DNA from: an uncultured Acidobacteriota bacterium
GTDB taxonomy: Bacteria; Acidobacteriota; Thermoanaerobaculia; Gp7-AA8
Length of the DNA: 64,000 bases
Reading direction: 5' to 3'
Assembly (NCBI GenBank): GCA_963822445.1
Contig: CAWGHO010000001.1
Location: 64,001 to 128,000 of the forward strand
Under the pieces are notes generated by a model. The model ran no database searches. It saw only the letters and a list, made by a program, of their open reading frames with translations, and was not told the DNA's origin. This document shows, piece after piece, positions 21,482 to 31,472 of this stretch. A program made the position numbers and the translations under genes. The stretch's first letter is position 1; each line of letters starts with the position of its first letter.

Positions 21482-22575
21482 ATGCCAGTTCCCGTCGAAG
21501 ACCTGCGCGTATCCGCTTACGTGATCCCGACGGCGACGCCGGAATCCGATGGAACGCTCGAATGGGACTCGACGACGCTGGTGCTGGTCGAGCTGGAAGG
21601 CGGCGGCAAGCGAGGCATCGGCTACACCTACGCCGACGTGGCCACGGCCCGGCTGATCGCCGATCGGCTCCGCGCGATCGTCATCGGCGGCGACGCCATG
21701 AACATCCCGGCGTTGTGGTCAGCGATGCGTCGTTCGATCCGCAATCTCGGCCGGCCCGGCATCTGCTCGATGGCCATCGCCGCCGTCGATACGGCGCTGT
21801 GGGACCTGAAAGCGAAAGTGCTCGACGTTCCGCTCGTCACGCTGTTCGGAGCAGTGCGCGAGTCGATCCCGGTCTACGGAAGCGGCGGGTTCACGTCGTA
21901 CACGGTCGCGGAGTTACAAAAGCAATTGGCCGGCTGGACGGCCGCCGGCATCCGCAGTGTGAAGATGAAAGTGGGACGTGACCGCGCCGCCGACCTCGAT
22001 CGCGTTCGCGCGGCGCGCGCGGCGATCGGCGCAGAAGCCGCGCTGTTTGTCGATGCGAACGGCGCGTATGACCGCAAGTTCGCACTCGAACAGGCCGTGC
22101 GGTTCGCGGCGTTCGGGGTGACGTGGTTCGAAGAGCCGGTGTCGTCGGACGATCTGGCAGGCCTGCGCCTGCTGCGCGATCGCGCGCCGGCGGGCATGGA
22201 CATCACGGCCGGCGAATACGGATATGACCTCGTTTACTTTCGACGGATGATCGAAGCCGCTGCCGTCGATGTCGTGCAACCCGACGCCACGCGTTGCGCG
22301 GGATTCTCGGAGTTCCTTCGCGTCGCCGCGCTCTGCGAAGCGAACAACATTCACCTGTCGGCGCACACGGCGCCGACCCTGCACGTCCCGATTTGTTGCG
22401 CGGTCGCGCCAGCGCGGCACGTCGAGTATTTCTTCGACCATGCGCGCATCGAAGAGATGCTCTTTGATGGGTTTCGCGCGCCGGTGGACGGCGTGATGGC
22501 GCCCGATCTCTCTCCCGACCTGGGATTGGCGTGGAGTTCAAACAGGCGGACGCGCGGCGCTTCGAGGTCGCTTGA
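21482..22575 (+). CDS. Mandelate racemase/muconate-lactonizing enolase family protein; apparent frameshift near 22510
   Basis: KMK, DAN, FEEP and GEY motifs; removing one TC from CTCTCTCCC restores PDLSRPGIGVEFKQADARRFEVA*. Confidence 0.85.
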
Positions 22576-22583
22576 CCGCCGGC

Positions 22584-25280
22584 TTACGGCGAGTCGGCAG
22601 CCAATTCTGCTGCGCGTTGCCGCGCCTCCTCGGCTTCGTCTCGCATCCCGACCGCCAGATATCCGCGAGCGGCAGCCTCGAAGCACTCGATCGCCTGTCG
22701 CGCGTACGGATCCAATCTACCGCCCGACAGCTTTGAATACGCGTCCCCGAGGTTGTACTGCGTGTCCGCCCAATCCTTTGGAAAGTCGCCCTCCGTCCAG
22801 ACGCGCAGTGCCGCCTCGTAATAGGCGATTTCCTTCGCCAGGTTTTTGCCCCGATCGTCCGTCGGCAGGTCCGCGTAGGCTTGGGCGAGGTTGTACTGAG
22901 TTACCGCCCAATGCGCTGGGAAGTCACGTTCGCTCCAGATGCGCAGCGTCGCCTGAAAGCAGGTGATCGCCTTCGCCAGATTTGATCCCCGGTCACCCGT
23001 GGGTAGATTCAAGTAGGCAGTGCCGAGGTTGTTCTGCGTCATCGCCCACTTCACCGGAAAGTCGGGCTCGGTCCGGACCAACAGCGCCGCTTCATACGAC
23101 GCGATTGCCTTAGCCAGATTCTCGGCCCGATCACCTGTCAGCAGATCCGTGTAAACGTTCCCGAGGTTGTTCTGCGTCATCGCCCACTGGTCCGGGAAGT
23201 CGCGCTCGGTCCGGACCCGCAGCGCTGCCTCAAAGCACCGGATCGCCTTCGCCAGGTTCTCTCCGCCGTCGCCTGTCGGAAGACTCCAGTAAACGTTCCC
23301 GAGGTTGTTCTGAGTCATTGCCCATTGAGCCGGGAAGTCGCGCTCGGTCCAGACCCCCACCGCTGCCTCAAAGCACGCGATCGCCTTCGCCATGTTCTTG
23401 CTGTGATCGCCCGTCGGGAGATTCATGTAGGCGATGCCGAGGTTGTTTTGTGTTCTCGCCCACTGTTGCGGATCGGCCTCGGAATTGATTCGGCGAAGCA
23501 GCGTCTCCTGCAGACGAACCTCCTCGGAGAAGCGACAGGTTTGGCCCAAATAGGACGCGAATGCCGTCACGGCGCGCGCGAAGAGCGCCGGTTCCTCTCC
23601 TGCGGCATGGGCAACTGCCTGCCGCACGTTCTCGTACTCCTCATCGATCCATCGCCGCGCCGCCATCTGCGTTTCGCCGCCCTTCGCTCGCTGTGCTGCG
23701 TTGGCCCGGACGAGGCCCTCAATGAACCAGCGCGCATGCGCGCCCGCAAGACGTGTCCGCTCCTCCTCGCCGAGCCATCCGAGCAGGAACTGCTGCGTCG
23801 TCGGCAGCATCGAATACCGTCCCGTCTCGCGATCGAACCGCAGGAGCGATGCATCGACCAGCACGTCCAGGCTTTCGATGGCCGCGCCGGCGACCTTCTC
23901 GGCCGCCTCCGCGTCGAAGCCGCCCGTGAAGACGGCCAGCCGCGGCAGCGCTTCGCGTTCCTTCTCCGGGAGACGTTCGAGCGCCCACTCGAGACAGTCA
24001 TCAATGCTCGAATGACGCCCCGGGTACCGGGCCCGGATGTTCTTGATCTCATCGGCCAGCTGCCGCAGCTTTCGCTTCGGCGCGACGGCGGCGACGAGCT
24101 CGATCAGATACGGCAGGCCATCGGTGGCTACGAGCACATCGCGCATCGCAGTGTCGTCGTCCGGCTGCCAGCGTGCGTCCCGCTGCTGCGCGAGCCCGAC
24201 GAAGAGTCGATGGCTTTCGAGCGCAGCGAGGTCGCCTTTCGTCTCCATTGGATCGAGCTCGACGACGCGCTCGCCGGGCACGCCGAGGGCTTGCTGGCTG
24301 GTCACCAGCACGCGAACGCCGGGCGTGGTCGCGAGACGCGGCACGGAGATCGCCGCGCTCTTCACCGACTCGAAGTTGTCGAGCAGCAGCAACCGATCGC
24401 CGCCATGGAGTTGCCGGCAGAGCGCGTCGAGATCGGGTGTATCGACCTCCGTCAGCCCGAGGGCGTCACGCACGGCAACAAGCAATCCCTCCGGCGTGTC
24501 GGCCGCCGTCGCCAGCGACACGAAGACGATCTCCCTCGGCAACCCTCCGCCGCGCGCGAGCAGCGTCTCCACCGCCAGCCTGGTCTTGCCGACGCCGCCC
24601 GTGCCGTGAACCGTCACTAGCCTGCTCGCGCGCAACGCTTCCGCCAACTCGGTCATCTCGCGTTCGCGGCCAACCCACTGAGTCAGCCACGGATAGGGAA
24701 GCGTCTCGTGCGGCTGCTCCGGCGGTGCCGGTTGCAGAGCGTCGTCCCAGAGGATGTCGAAGATCTCGATCCTGGCCGAGACACCTTTCAATGTGTACGG
24801 ACCGTAGCTGTGAAATCGGATGCCCGGAGCGGTCTTGGCGAGAACCTTCGTTTCCCCGGAGCAATAAGCCCGCTCCCCGCTCTTTAGCAGACTCTCCACG
24901 CGTGCAGCGATGTTCACCGCGTGTCCGTCGTAGTCCGGCTTACCGTCGCGCTCGACGTACTTCGCGTCGCCCGTGTGCATTCCGATGCGGACCGCCAGAG
25001 CTTCAGTGTGGTCGCCGGTGCGAATCGGGTCCGTTCGCAGACTTCTCTGGATCGTTGTGGCGCACATCACGGCATCCTCGGGACGCGCGAACGCGACCAT
25101 GAAGGAGTCGCCGTTCGTCTTCACCTCGAAACCCTCGTGCTTCGCGAGCAGATCGCGGATGCGTTGGTTGTGCGGCTCCAGGATGCGCTCGCGGTAGAGA
25201 CGATTCCCCTCCGCCTCGCCGTGCGTAGCGATGACTGTGTCCCGCAACATCGTCGATCCAACGATGTCGGTGAACATCAA
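22584..25280 (-). CDS. Class III adenylate/guanylate cyclase - STAND NTPase - TPR protein
   Basis: FTDIVGST, GDSFM and RIGMHTG (cyclase); GTGGVGKT and LLLDNFE (Walker A/B); ~47-aa WAMTQNNLG repeats. Start uncertain. Confidence 0.88.
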   Translation of the reverse strand: MMFTDIVGSTMLRDTVIATHGEAEGNRLYRERILEPHNQRIRDLLAKHEGFEVKTNGDSFMVAFARPEDAVMCATTIQRSLRTDPIRTGDHTEALAVRIGMHTGDAKYVERDGKPDYDGHAVNIAARVESLLKSGERAYCSGETKVLAKTAPGIRFHSYGPYTLKGVSARIEIFDILWDDALQPAPPEQPHETLPYPWLTQWVGREREMTELAEALRASRLVTVHGTGGVGKTRLAVETLLARGGGLPREIVFVSLATAADTPEGLLVAVRDALGLTEVDTPDLDALCRQLHGGDRLLLLDNFESVKSAAISVPRLATTPGVRVLVTSQQALGVPGERVVELDPMETKGDLAALESHRLFVGLAQQRDARWQPDDDTAMRDVLVATDGLPYLIELVAAVAPKRKLRQLADEIKNIRARYPGRHSSIDDCLEWALERLPEKEREALPRLAVFTGGFDAEAAEKVAGAAIESLDVLVDASLLRFDRETGRYSMLPTTQQFLLGWLGEEERTRLAGAHARWFIEGLVRANAAQRAKGGETQMAARRWIDEEYENVRQAVAHAAGEEPALFARAVTAFASYLGQTCRFSEEVRLQETLLRRINSEADPQQWARTQNNLGIAYMNLPTGDHSKNMAKAIACFEAAVGVWTERDFPAQWAMTQNNLGNVYWSLPTGDGGENLAKAIRCFEAALRVRTERDFPDQWAMTQNNLGNVYTDLLTGDRAENLAKAIASYEAALLVRTEPDFPVKWAMTQNNLGTAYLNLPTGDRGSNLAKAITCFQATLRIWSERDFPAHWAVTQYNLAQAYADLPTDDRGKNLAKEIAYYEAALRVWTEGDFPKDWADTQYNLGDAYSKLSGGRLDPYARQAIECFEAAARGYLAVGMRDEAEEARQRAAELAADSP

Positions 25281-25404
25281 CGTGACTATGCCGGTGGGTG
25301 GTTGGATGATTTGGCTTCCCGCTCACTTTGGGAGTGCCGCATCGGGCAAAATCCCTACCTCACAGCTTAACCTCTCCACGCCAAGCGGACTCCCATCGGG
25401 GCAC

Positions 25405-25517
25405 TCTCGGAGTTCCTCCGCATAGCCGCGACCGGGAAGCGAACACCATTCATCTGTCGGCGCACACGGCGCGGCGTCAAATTCAGGACTGCCGACGCGG
25501 AACGCTTCGCCGTTTAG
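25405..25517 (+). pseudogene. Remnant second copy of the enolase 3' end
   Basis: 25405-25472 is a degenerate copy of 22305-22373; 25473-25517 encodes GVKFRTADAERFAV*. Confidence 0.75.
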
Positions 25518-25575
25518 GAGTGCGGTGGCGGAGCCACCGCTTTGCAAAGCGGCGGCTCTGCCGCCGCACTCCTAA
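25514..25575. repeat. REP-like palindrome
   Basis: TTAGGAGTGCGGTGGCGGAGCCACCGCTTT-GC-AAAGCGGCGGCTCTGCCGCCGCACTCCTAA. Confidence 0.75.
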
Positions 25576-25993
25576 CAATCAACGCCAGGCCTGTCTCTTC
25601 GTCCTTTCTGCGTTGCAACACAACGCTCGACGTGGTCAGAAACAGCTCGAGCGTGGGATGCACGTCGCCGCTCAGGAAATGGCCGCCGATCAGAGCTCCG
25701 TCGCGTTTCCCGAGTGCGACGTGCCCGTGCACGCGCGGCTGACCGTCTTCACCAAGGGCGATGTTGCCGGTGAGCGAAACGATTTCGACCTGCTCGGCGA
25801 TTTCGATCTTCTCGTACTCCTTCGTGTCGGAATTCCAGTAGGCGATCGTGGCGCGCTGGCAGGCGCCGATGGCGGTGAACGACGCGCCGTGAATGGCTCG
25901 TTCGCGAGCGAATGTCGTGAGCGTCTCCCCGATCTCGTCTCCTCGTTCGAAGACGAGCAGGAAGCCGTTTTCGTCGATGGCCTGGAACTTCAT
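25514..25993 (-). CDS. PPC/DUF296 domain protein
   Basis: FTAIGA, EIVSLTGNI, HGHVALG, GGH. Confidence 0.85.
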   Translation of the reverse strand: MKFQAIDENGFLLVFERGDEIGETLTTFARERAIHGASFTAIGACQRATIAYWNSDTKEYEKIEIAEQVEIVSLTGNIALGEDGQPRVHGHVALGKRDGALIGGHFLSGDVHPTLELFLTTSSVVLQRRKDEETGLALIVRSAAAEPPLCKAVAPPPHS

Positions 25994-27603
25994 CAGTGGA
26001 GCTCTCCTCGGCGCCCAAGTTCGGTGATGTGATCGGCGGTCCTGCACGCCAACGCCTGAATGGTCTCCGACGGATTGACGCCGCCGGAAGTGGGAAAGAG
26101 CGAGCCGTCGCAGATCCAGAGATTCGGAACGTCCCAGGAACGGCCGTACGAGTCGGTGACGCTGGTCTGCGGATCAGTGCCCATGCGACAGCCGCCCATG
26201 AGGTGCGCGGTATCGCTCTCCGACCAGATGTCTCGTCCGCCCGCCGCGCGCATAGTTTCGGTCATGTAGCGGACTGCGTGGCCGATCAAACGACGGTCGT
26301 TGTCGGAATACGAGAAGGTGATGCGCGGAATGGGGAGGCCGAGGGCGTCTTTCTCGTCCGCCAGTTCGACGCGGTTCTCGCGCGGCTCGACTTCGCCGAC
26401 CATCTTGAATCCGGCCGAGTGAATGTACTTCGTCGCTTCGCGGCGTAGTTCCATGCCCCACAACCCGCGAACGGTGGCGAGCTTCTTCCCCCACTCCATC
26501 GGCAAGGGTCCCTGACTGCCGAACTGATAGCCGCCGGAGAAATCCTTCCCTTCATCGCAATAGTTCCAGTGCTCGGTGATGGCCATGACCGGCGGACCTT
26601 TGTACGCGCGGATTTCTTCGTCGAACGTTGCCCAGACGCCCTCATTCGAATGCGTCATCAGAGCGCGTCCGACGAGACCGCTGCTGTTTGCGAGACCGTC
26701 GGGAAAGCGGCTCGACGCGGAGTTGAGCAGGAGACGCGGCGTCTCGATGCTGTACGCGGCCACGACCACATGGCGCGCGCGCTGACGGTGCCAGGCTCCG
26801 TCACGGTGATACACAACCTCGGCGACGCGCCCGTCGCTCCCGGTCTCGATGCGTGCGGCCATGGCGTTGTCGCGGATCTCCGCGCCGGCACGCACGGCGC
26901 GAGGAATCCAGGTCACCAGCACGCTCTGCTTCGCGCTCGTGGAGCAACCGATGATGCAGAAGCCGCGGTAGACGCAGGGATGCGCTTCGCCGCGCGGAGC
27001 GGAAAGCGTGGCCAGCGGCGCGGGAACCCAATCGATTCCCATGCGGCTGCACCCGCGCGCGAGCACGAGACCCGCGGCGTTGACCTCGTGCGGACGATAC
27101 GGATAGCGGCCGCGGGGCGGACCCCATGGATACCGCACCGGCCCGGCGATCTTCAGCGCCTCTTCGACTTCGCGGTAGTACGGCTCGAGATCGTCGTACG
27201 TCAGCGGCCAGTCGAGGCCATACCCGAGTTGCGACCGTGAACGGAACCACTCCGGCCGGAAGCGCAGCGAGACCATCGTGAAGTGCACGGTGCTTCCGCC
27301 GACGCCACGGCCGCTGTTGTTGCTGCCGAACTGGATCGGATCGTCGCCGGCGGTGATGCGTTCGTCGGTCCAGTAGAGCTTCTGCTGCTCCTTCTCGTCG
27401 GACGCAAAATCCTCGAGCGGACGCCAGAACGGTCCTGCCTCCAGAGCGACGACGCGAAACCCCGCTTCCGAGAGCCGGCAGACCAGCGTCCCGCCGCCCG
27501 CTCCCGTGCCGATGACGACGAAATCGACGAGGTCATCGGATGCGTACGCGCGCATCGGAATCCACTCGCCTTCGCGGAAGACGTTCGGCGCGCGCGAAGT
27601 CAT
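25993..27603 (-). CDS. GMC-family oxidoreductase, flavoprotein subunit
   Basis: VIGTGAGGG, GVGGST, CVYRGFCIIGC, HLMGGCRMG, NPSETI. Confidence 0.92.
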   Translation of the reverse strand: MTSRAPNVFREGEWIPMRAYASDDLVDFVVIGTGAGGGTLVCRLSEAGFRVVALEAGPFWRPLEDFASDEKEQQKLYWTDERITAGDDPIQFGSNNSGRGVGGSTVHFTMVSLRFRPEWFRSRSQLGYGLDWPLTYDDLEPYYREVEEALKIAGPVRYPWGPPRGRYPYRPHEVNAAGLVLARGCSRMGIDWVPAPLATLSAPRGEAHPCVYRGFCIIGCSTSAKQSVLVTWIPRAVRAGAEIRDNAMAARIETGSDGRVAEVVYHRDGAWHRQRARHVVVAAYSIETPRLLLNSASSRFPDGLANSSGLVGRALMTHSNEGVWATFDEEIRAYKGPPVMAITEHWNYCDEGKDFSGGYQFGSQGPLPMEWGKKLATVRGLWGMELRREATKYIHSAGFKMVGEVEPRENRVELADEKDALGLPIPRITFSYSDNDRRLIGHAVRYMTETMRAAGGRDIWSESDTAHLMGGCRMGTDPQTSVTDSYGRSWDVPNLWICDGSLFPTSGGVNPSETIQALACRTADHITELGRRGELH

Positions 27604-28214
27604 CGTCGTTTCTCTGCTTCCCAGGGATCGCGTTGATCAAATCCGAGCCGTACGTAACCTCGCGGCGAGGCGGGACCGCCGAAGCCGATCTCGCTCCAGG
27701 CGGCCGGATGTGCGTAGTACTCGCCGACGATCTCGTCGAGCAGGAAGTTCGTGAAGAATCGGCGCGGCGGAAGGCCCTCCCAGAGCGCGCTCGCGACCAC
27801 TCCCTGCTGGACGCGGCGGAGAACGTCATCGCGCTCCTCATCGCTCAGCTCGACGAATGAACGCGCAAACACGGCGCGACTCTCGTCGTCGATGGCCGCG
27901 AGTCCGCGGCGCCAGGCCTCGGGCGCCGGCGGCATGTCGGCATAGCGGAATCCCTTCCCTCGCTTCTCGTACAGCCTCTCGTCGATGAACGGGACGATCG
28001 CGACGGGCGCAGCGCCGCGATCCGCTTGCGGAACGATCCGCGCGGCAATCGCCTCGGCGATCCTCCATTCGCGTTCGTCGAAGAAGCGCCGCGGCGGGAT
28101 CTCGCGCAGCCGCCGCGCAACGGCGCGCCGGGTCTGCTCGTTCCATGACGGCGTGCTCCACTTGTCGAGCACGTCGTAGGGATCGAATGGCGACTCGAAT
28201 GTCTTTTCACTCAT
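27600..28214 (-). CDS. Gluconate 2-dehydrogenase subunit 3 family protein
   Basis: YYAHPAAWSEIGFGGPASPRGY; coupled to the GMC gene. Confidence 0.85.
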   Translation of the reverse strand: MSEKTFESPFDPYDVLDKWSTPSWNEQTRRAVARRLREIPPRRFFDEREWRIAEAIAARIVPQADRGAAPVAIVPFIDERLYEKRGKGFRYADMPPAPEAWRRGLAAIDDESRAVFARSFVELSDEERDDVLRRVQQGVVASALWEGLPPRRFFTNFLLDEIVGEYYAHPAAWSEIGFGGPASPRGYVRLGFDQRDPWEAEKRR

Positions 28215-28977
28215 TCATCAGATCCAGCGCTGCCAGACCAGCCAGGGCCATCGCGGAAAACGCGGGCGGCGCCGGGATCGGCGGAGCGGCATGCATGTTC
28301 TGCGTCCAGTTTCTCCATCCACCCATCTCGCGCTGCACGGCCAGCGTGTGCAGCACCGCTCCGCCGACGCCGATGGCGACGGCCGCTTGCAGCAGCAGGC
28401 GTGTCGATCGCGCGGGCCGCGCGCGGATCGCATCCTCCGCAAGCGCGACGGCGGCGAGAGGGGGAATGGTCACCGGCAGGTACATGAACTTGTTATGGAA
28501 CGCTCCGCGGAAGTGGAGCAGCGCTGCTTCTCCCGCCGTGCCCGCGAGACCAATCGCGGTGCTCATCGCCAGAGCTCGCGCGAAGAAGGGCGACGGTCGC
28601 GATCGACGCACATGATCGGCGGCGAGGCCGAACAGGCCGGCGAACGTCAATCCGAAAGGGGCGGCGATTGGCGCGCCGTAGAAGAGATTGAGCCAGCTCA
28701 GTCGTCCTTCACGTCTGATGACGTTGAGAAGATGAAAGCCCGTGCCGATCAGGCCTCCGGCGACAGCGAGCAGATGCGCGGGCGTGGCCGCCGATTGCTC
28801 GCGCGCCGAAACGCTCGTGGCCAGCGTCATCGAGGACAGCAGCGGCGCCGCGAACATGACCCGGTTGTAGAAGCCACCGCGGTAGTGCTCGACCGCGCTG
28901 TCCGCAAGGACGACGACGGAAAGCGTACCGGCGGCAAGATCGAGATTGCGTCTCGCGCCTCGGGTCACGATGCTCAT
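28207..28977 (-). CDS. Membrane protein with internal duplication
   Basis: EHYRGGFYNRVM and LHFRGAFHNKFM halves; multiple TM segments. Confidence 0.7.
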   Translation of the reverse strand: MSIVTRGARRNLDLAAGTLSVVVLADSAVEHYRGGFYNRVMFAAPLLSSMTLATSVSAREQSAATPAHLLAVAGGLIGTGFHLLNVIRREGRLSWLNLFYGAPIAAPFGLTFAGLFGLAADHVRRSRPSPFFARALAMSTAIGLAGTAGEAALLHFRGAFHNKFMYLPVTIPPLAAVALAEDAIRARPARSTRLLLQAAVAIGVGGAVLHTLAVQREMGGWRNWTQNMHAAPPIPAPPAFSAMALAGLAALDLMNE

Positions 28978-29852
28978 CCCTTCCGGAACGTCAGCTCGAT
29001 CCATCCGTGGGCGCGAGAGCGCCCGAGAAGCGGGCCGATCGCCGGCGCGCGCAGCACGCGTTGCGGGACGAAACCATGCTCCGCGGCGAGACGGGAGAGC
29101 GCCGCGGCATCGAAGCCGAAGCGATGCGGCCATCCGAGTAGACCGTTGTACGCGAGAGTAGAGACACTCCGGCACCGAGCATAGAACCCGGCATCCGGCA
29201 CGCGCAGGACGAGCACGCCCGATCTCCGCAAAATGCGACGCGCCTCGTCGAGCGCAACGCGCGGAGCGGCGAGCTGCTCGAAACAATTCCAGATGAATAC
29301 GCCGTCGAACGATGCGCTCTCGAAGTCGCAGCTCTCGAGCGGGTCAGAGCGGACGTCGTATCCGTGGAGCTGCGAAAAGCGTGAGGTGTCGCGGCCGATG
29401 TCCACGCCGACGGCATTCCAGCCCCATTGCCGGGAGACCGCGAGAAACCCGCCGGCATAGCTTCCCACCTCCACGATTCGCGCACCGGAGGGGAGAAGAC
29501 CTCGATAGTCCGTTTCCTTGTCGCGAAAGGCGGCGGTATGAACGGCATGCAGCGTTTCCAACACCGGCCGTTCGTAGCGATCGGCGCGAAAGGCTTCCTC
29601 ATCCGGCGTGTCGTCGCGGATCAGAACCCCGCACGTGTCGCATCGAAGAATCTCAGCCGGCGTTCCCAGCAGAACGTTCGTGACGTCACGCGAGAAAGGA
29701 CGGTTGCGACGAGATGCGAAGAACGCATCGCGCGTCGCTAGTTCTGCGGCGATCTCGTCGCGAGTGCGGAACGTGCTCGCAGGCGATTCGTCACAATGCG
29801 CGCAGACGGTGGTGCGCAGCGGCGCGAATGCGACGGCGGCCGAAGCGTTCAT
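28974..29852 (-). CDS. Class I SAM-dependent methyltransferase with CxxC motifs
   Basis: IVEVGSYAGGF motif I; CAHC and CDTC. Confidence 0.8.
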   Translation of the reverse strand: MNASAAVAFAPLRTTVCAHCDESPASTFRTRDEIAAELATRDAFFASRRNRPFSRDVTNVLLGTPAEILRCDTCGVLIRDDTPDEEAFRADRYERPVLETLHAVHTAAFRDKETDYRGLLPSGARIVEVGSYAGGFLAVSRQWGWNAVGVDIGRDTSRFSQLHGYDVRSDPLESCDFESASFDGVFIWNCFEQLAAPRVALDEARRILRRSGVLVLRVPDAGFYARCRSVSTLAYNGLLGWPHRFGFDAAALSRLAAEHGFVPQRVLRAPAIGPLLGRSRAHGWIELTFRKG

Positions 29853-30676
29853 TCCTGCGCTCGAACCTCGATCCGGCCTTCGCGTACACGGACGTCGAAG
29901 ACCCGCTCGGGAAAGACGGCCGGACCGTCGAGCACGCGGCCATCCTTCAGGCAGAACCGCGAGCCATGCCAGGGGCAGCGGATGCTGTCGTCCTCGATCG
30001 TTCCTTCGGAGAGCGGCCCGCCGAGGTGGGTGCATGTGTCGCGAAGCGCATGGATTGAATCGCCCTGTTTCACGAGCACGATGGCTACGTCGTCGGCCGT
30101 GACGAACTTCTTCGGCGTGCCCTGCTCCGCCGTCGCGGTGTGATCCACCCCGATCTGCTCGCCGTACGTGAGATGGCCTCCGACGTACGCGGAAGACATC
30201 GCCAGACCAAAGGCAGTCATGGAAAGGGCGATGCCCTTAGATCGCGACCGGCCGCGCACCATGAGCGAGATTGCATAGAGGCCGGTGGCCGCCAGATTCA
30301 TGACGCCGTGCGCGAGACCTATCCGTTTCGCGCGGCCGTCGGTCTCGGACCAATCGGTAGCGCCGGCGATGGCTGCGCCGACCGCGCCGACCAGTCCGAT
30401 CTTGATCGCAGTCTCGGAGAATCCCCGGTTGCGTCGCACACCGGCGATCTCCAACGCATCGAGAATCGCGGCCAGCGTCCAGGCGCCGACGGGAAGCTCG
30501 ATCAGCGCGGGATGCAGCGGATGTCCGAGCGCTTTTCCATGGAGGAAGTTCTTGGCTTCGCGACCGGCAGCGCCCGCTGACGCGAACAGCGATCGAATCG
30601 CTTCCTGCAGCGGCGTGGCGAGAGCATCGAGTGATTCCTGATCGCCAAGGGTACGTACGAGTCGTTCGGCAGGCAT
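29849..30676 (-). CDS. DUF2231 membrane domain + Rieske 2Fe-2S protein
   Basis: GHPLHPAL, GATDWS; CTHLGGPL...CPWHGSRF. Confidence 0.88.
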   Translation of the reverse strand: MPAERLVRTLGDQESLDALATPLQEAIRSLFASAGAAGREAKNFLHGKALGHPLHPALIELPVGAWTLAAILDALEIAGVRRNRGFSETAIKIGLVGAVGAAIAGATDWSETDGRAKRIGLAHGVMNLAATGLYAISLMVRGRSRSKGIALSMTAFGLAMSSAYVGGHLTYGEQIGVDHTATAEQGTPKKFVTADDVAIVLVKQGDSIHALRDTCTHLGGPLSEGTIEDDSIRCPWHGSRFCLKDGRVLDGPAVFPERVFDVRVREGRIEVRAQE

Positions 30677-30909
30677 TCCGACCTCTCCGTCGCGCGGCTC
30701 CTGGCCGGCCCGGGATCATCGGGTGCAAATTGCGAGCGCAATTTTCCAACTGTCACGGTTGGAAATGGGTTTTTCGCCGCGCGTCGCGAGAGCGGCAGAG
30801 CGGTAAAAGCACGCTGAGCCATCGGCTCGCTCGCGAAGCGTGCGAAGGCGGGACGCTCGCGGCGCGCGTGCGGTTGTCGCGCGGATCACGCCTCGATGCG
30901 CCCACGATC

Positions 30910-31041
30910 GCGAAGCTGACGCTTCCGCTCAAGGAAGCTACGACACTTCTTCATCTTCTTGCGAAAGAGAACGTTACTGCTGCGAGCGTGTTTCCGAGTT
31001 ACGACGGGGTGATGGCGGCGATTAATGAAAATCGTTGGTAA
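30910..31041 (+). pseudogene. Possible C-terminal fragment of an FRG-domain-associated protein
   Basis: KLTLP...LLHLLAKENVTAASVFPSYDG resembles FRG protein C-termini; no plausible N-terminus upstream. Confidence 0.4.
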
Positions 31042-31089
31042 AGAGCAGACAGCCGCCTAAATACTAGTTCTATGAGAGCGATCGTCAAG

Positions 31090-31470
31090 GGCGGTTCCCT
31101 TCTTTGCTGATCGTTTTTTGTTTCCCCTGACGATCAGCTCCGACCGACCCGAAGAGGACGATCGCGAGCGTTTGCGGGCGGGCGGTACAGTCGGCCGCTG
31201 ACTCATTTCGTGCTGCTCAGAGGATCGTTTAGAAGCAAGTGCAAGCGTTGGGCGATCGCATGGAACGTCGACCATAGTTCTATCTGAGACTCGCGCACGC
31301 TGTGGCGCGGCCATGACGCTTGTTCGGGTCATCCGAGGGGCCTAGAGTTAGGCGAGTGCCTCAGCGGGACTGAGAGCCACCAGGCGGACTAGTATCTCCG
31401 AGACTCACCCTCGATCCGTTGCCTCTCGGATCAGCGAGCAGCCGAGTGACCCCACTCGCGCCGATCCGAC
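31090..31470 (-). ncRNA. Candidate bridge/seek RNA of the IS110 element (boundaries approximate)
   Basis: Structured region with segments matching both target flanks (31388-95, 31346-53) and the IS ends (31312-16, 31277-83). Confidence 0.7.
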
Positions 31471-31472
31471 GG

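Noticed and set aside
22740-23470. ~141-bp periodic repeats as a non-coding array
   Set aside because: They are in-frame TPR units of the STAND protein.
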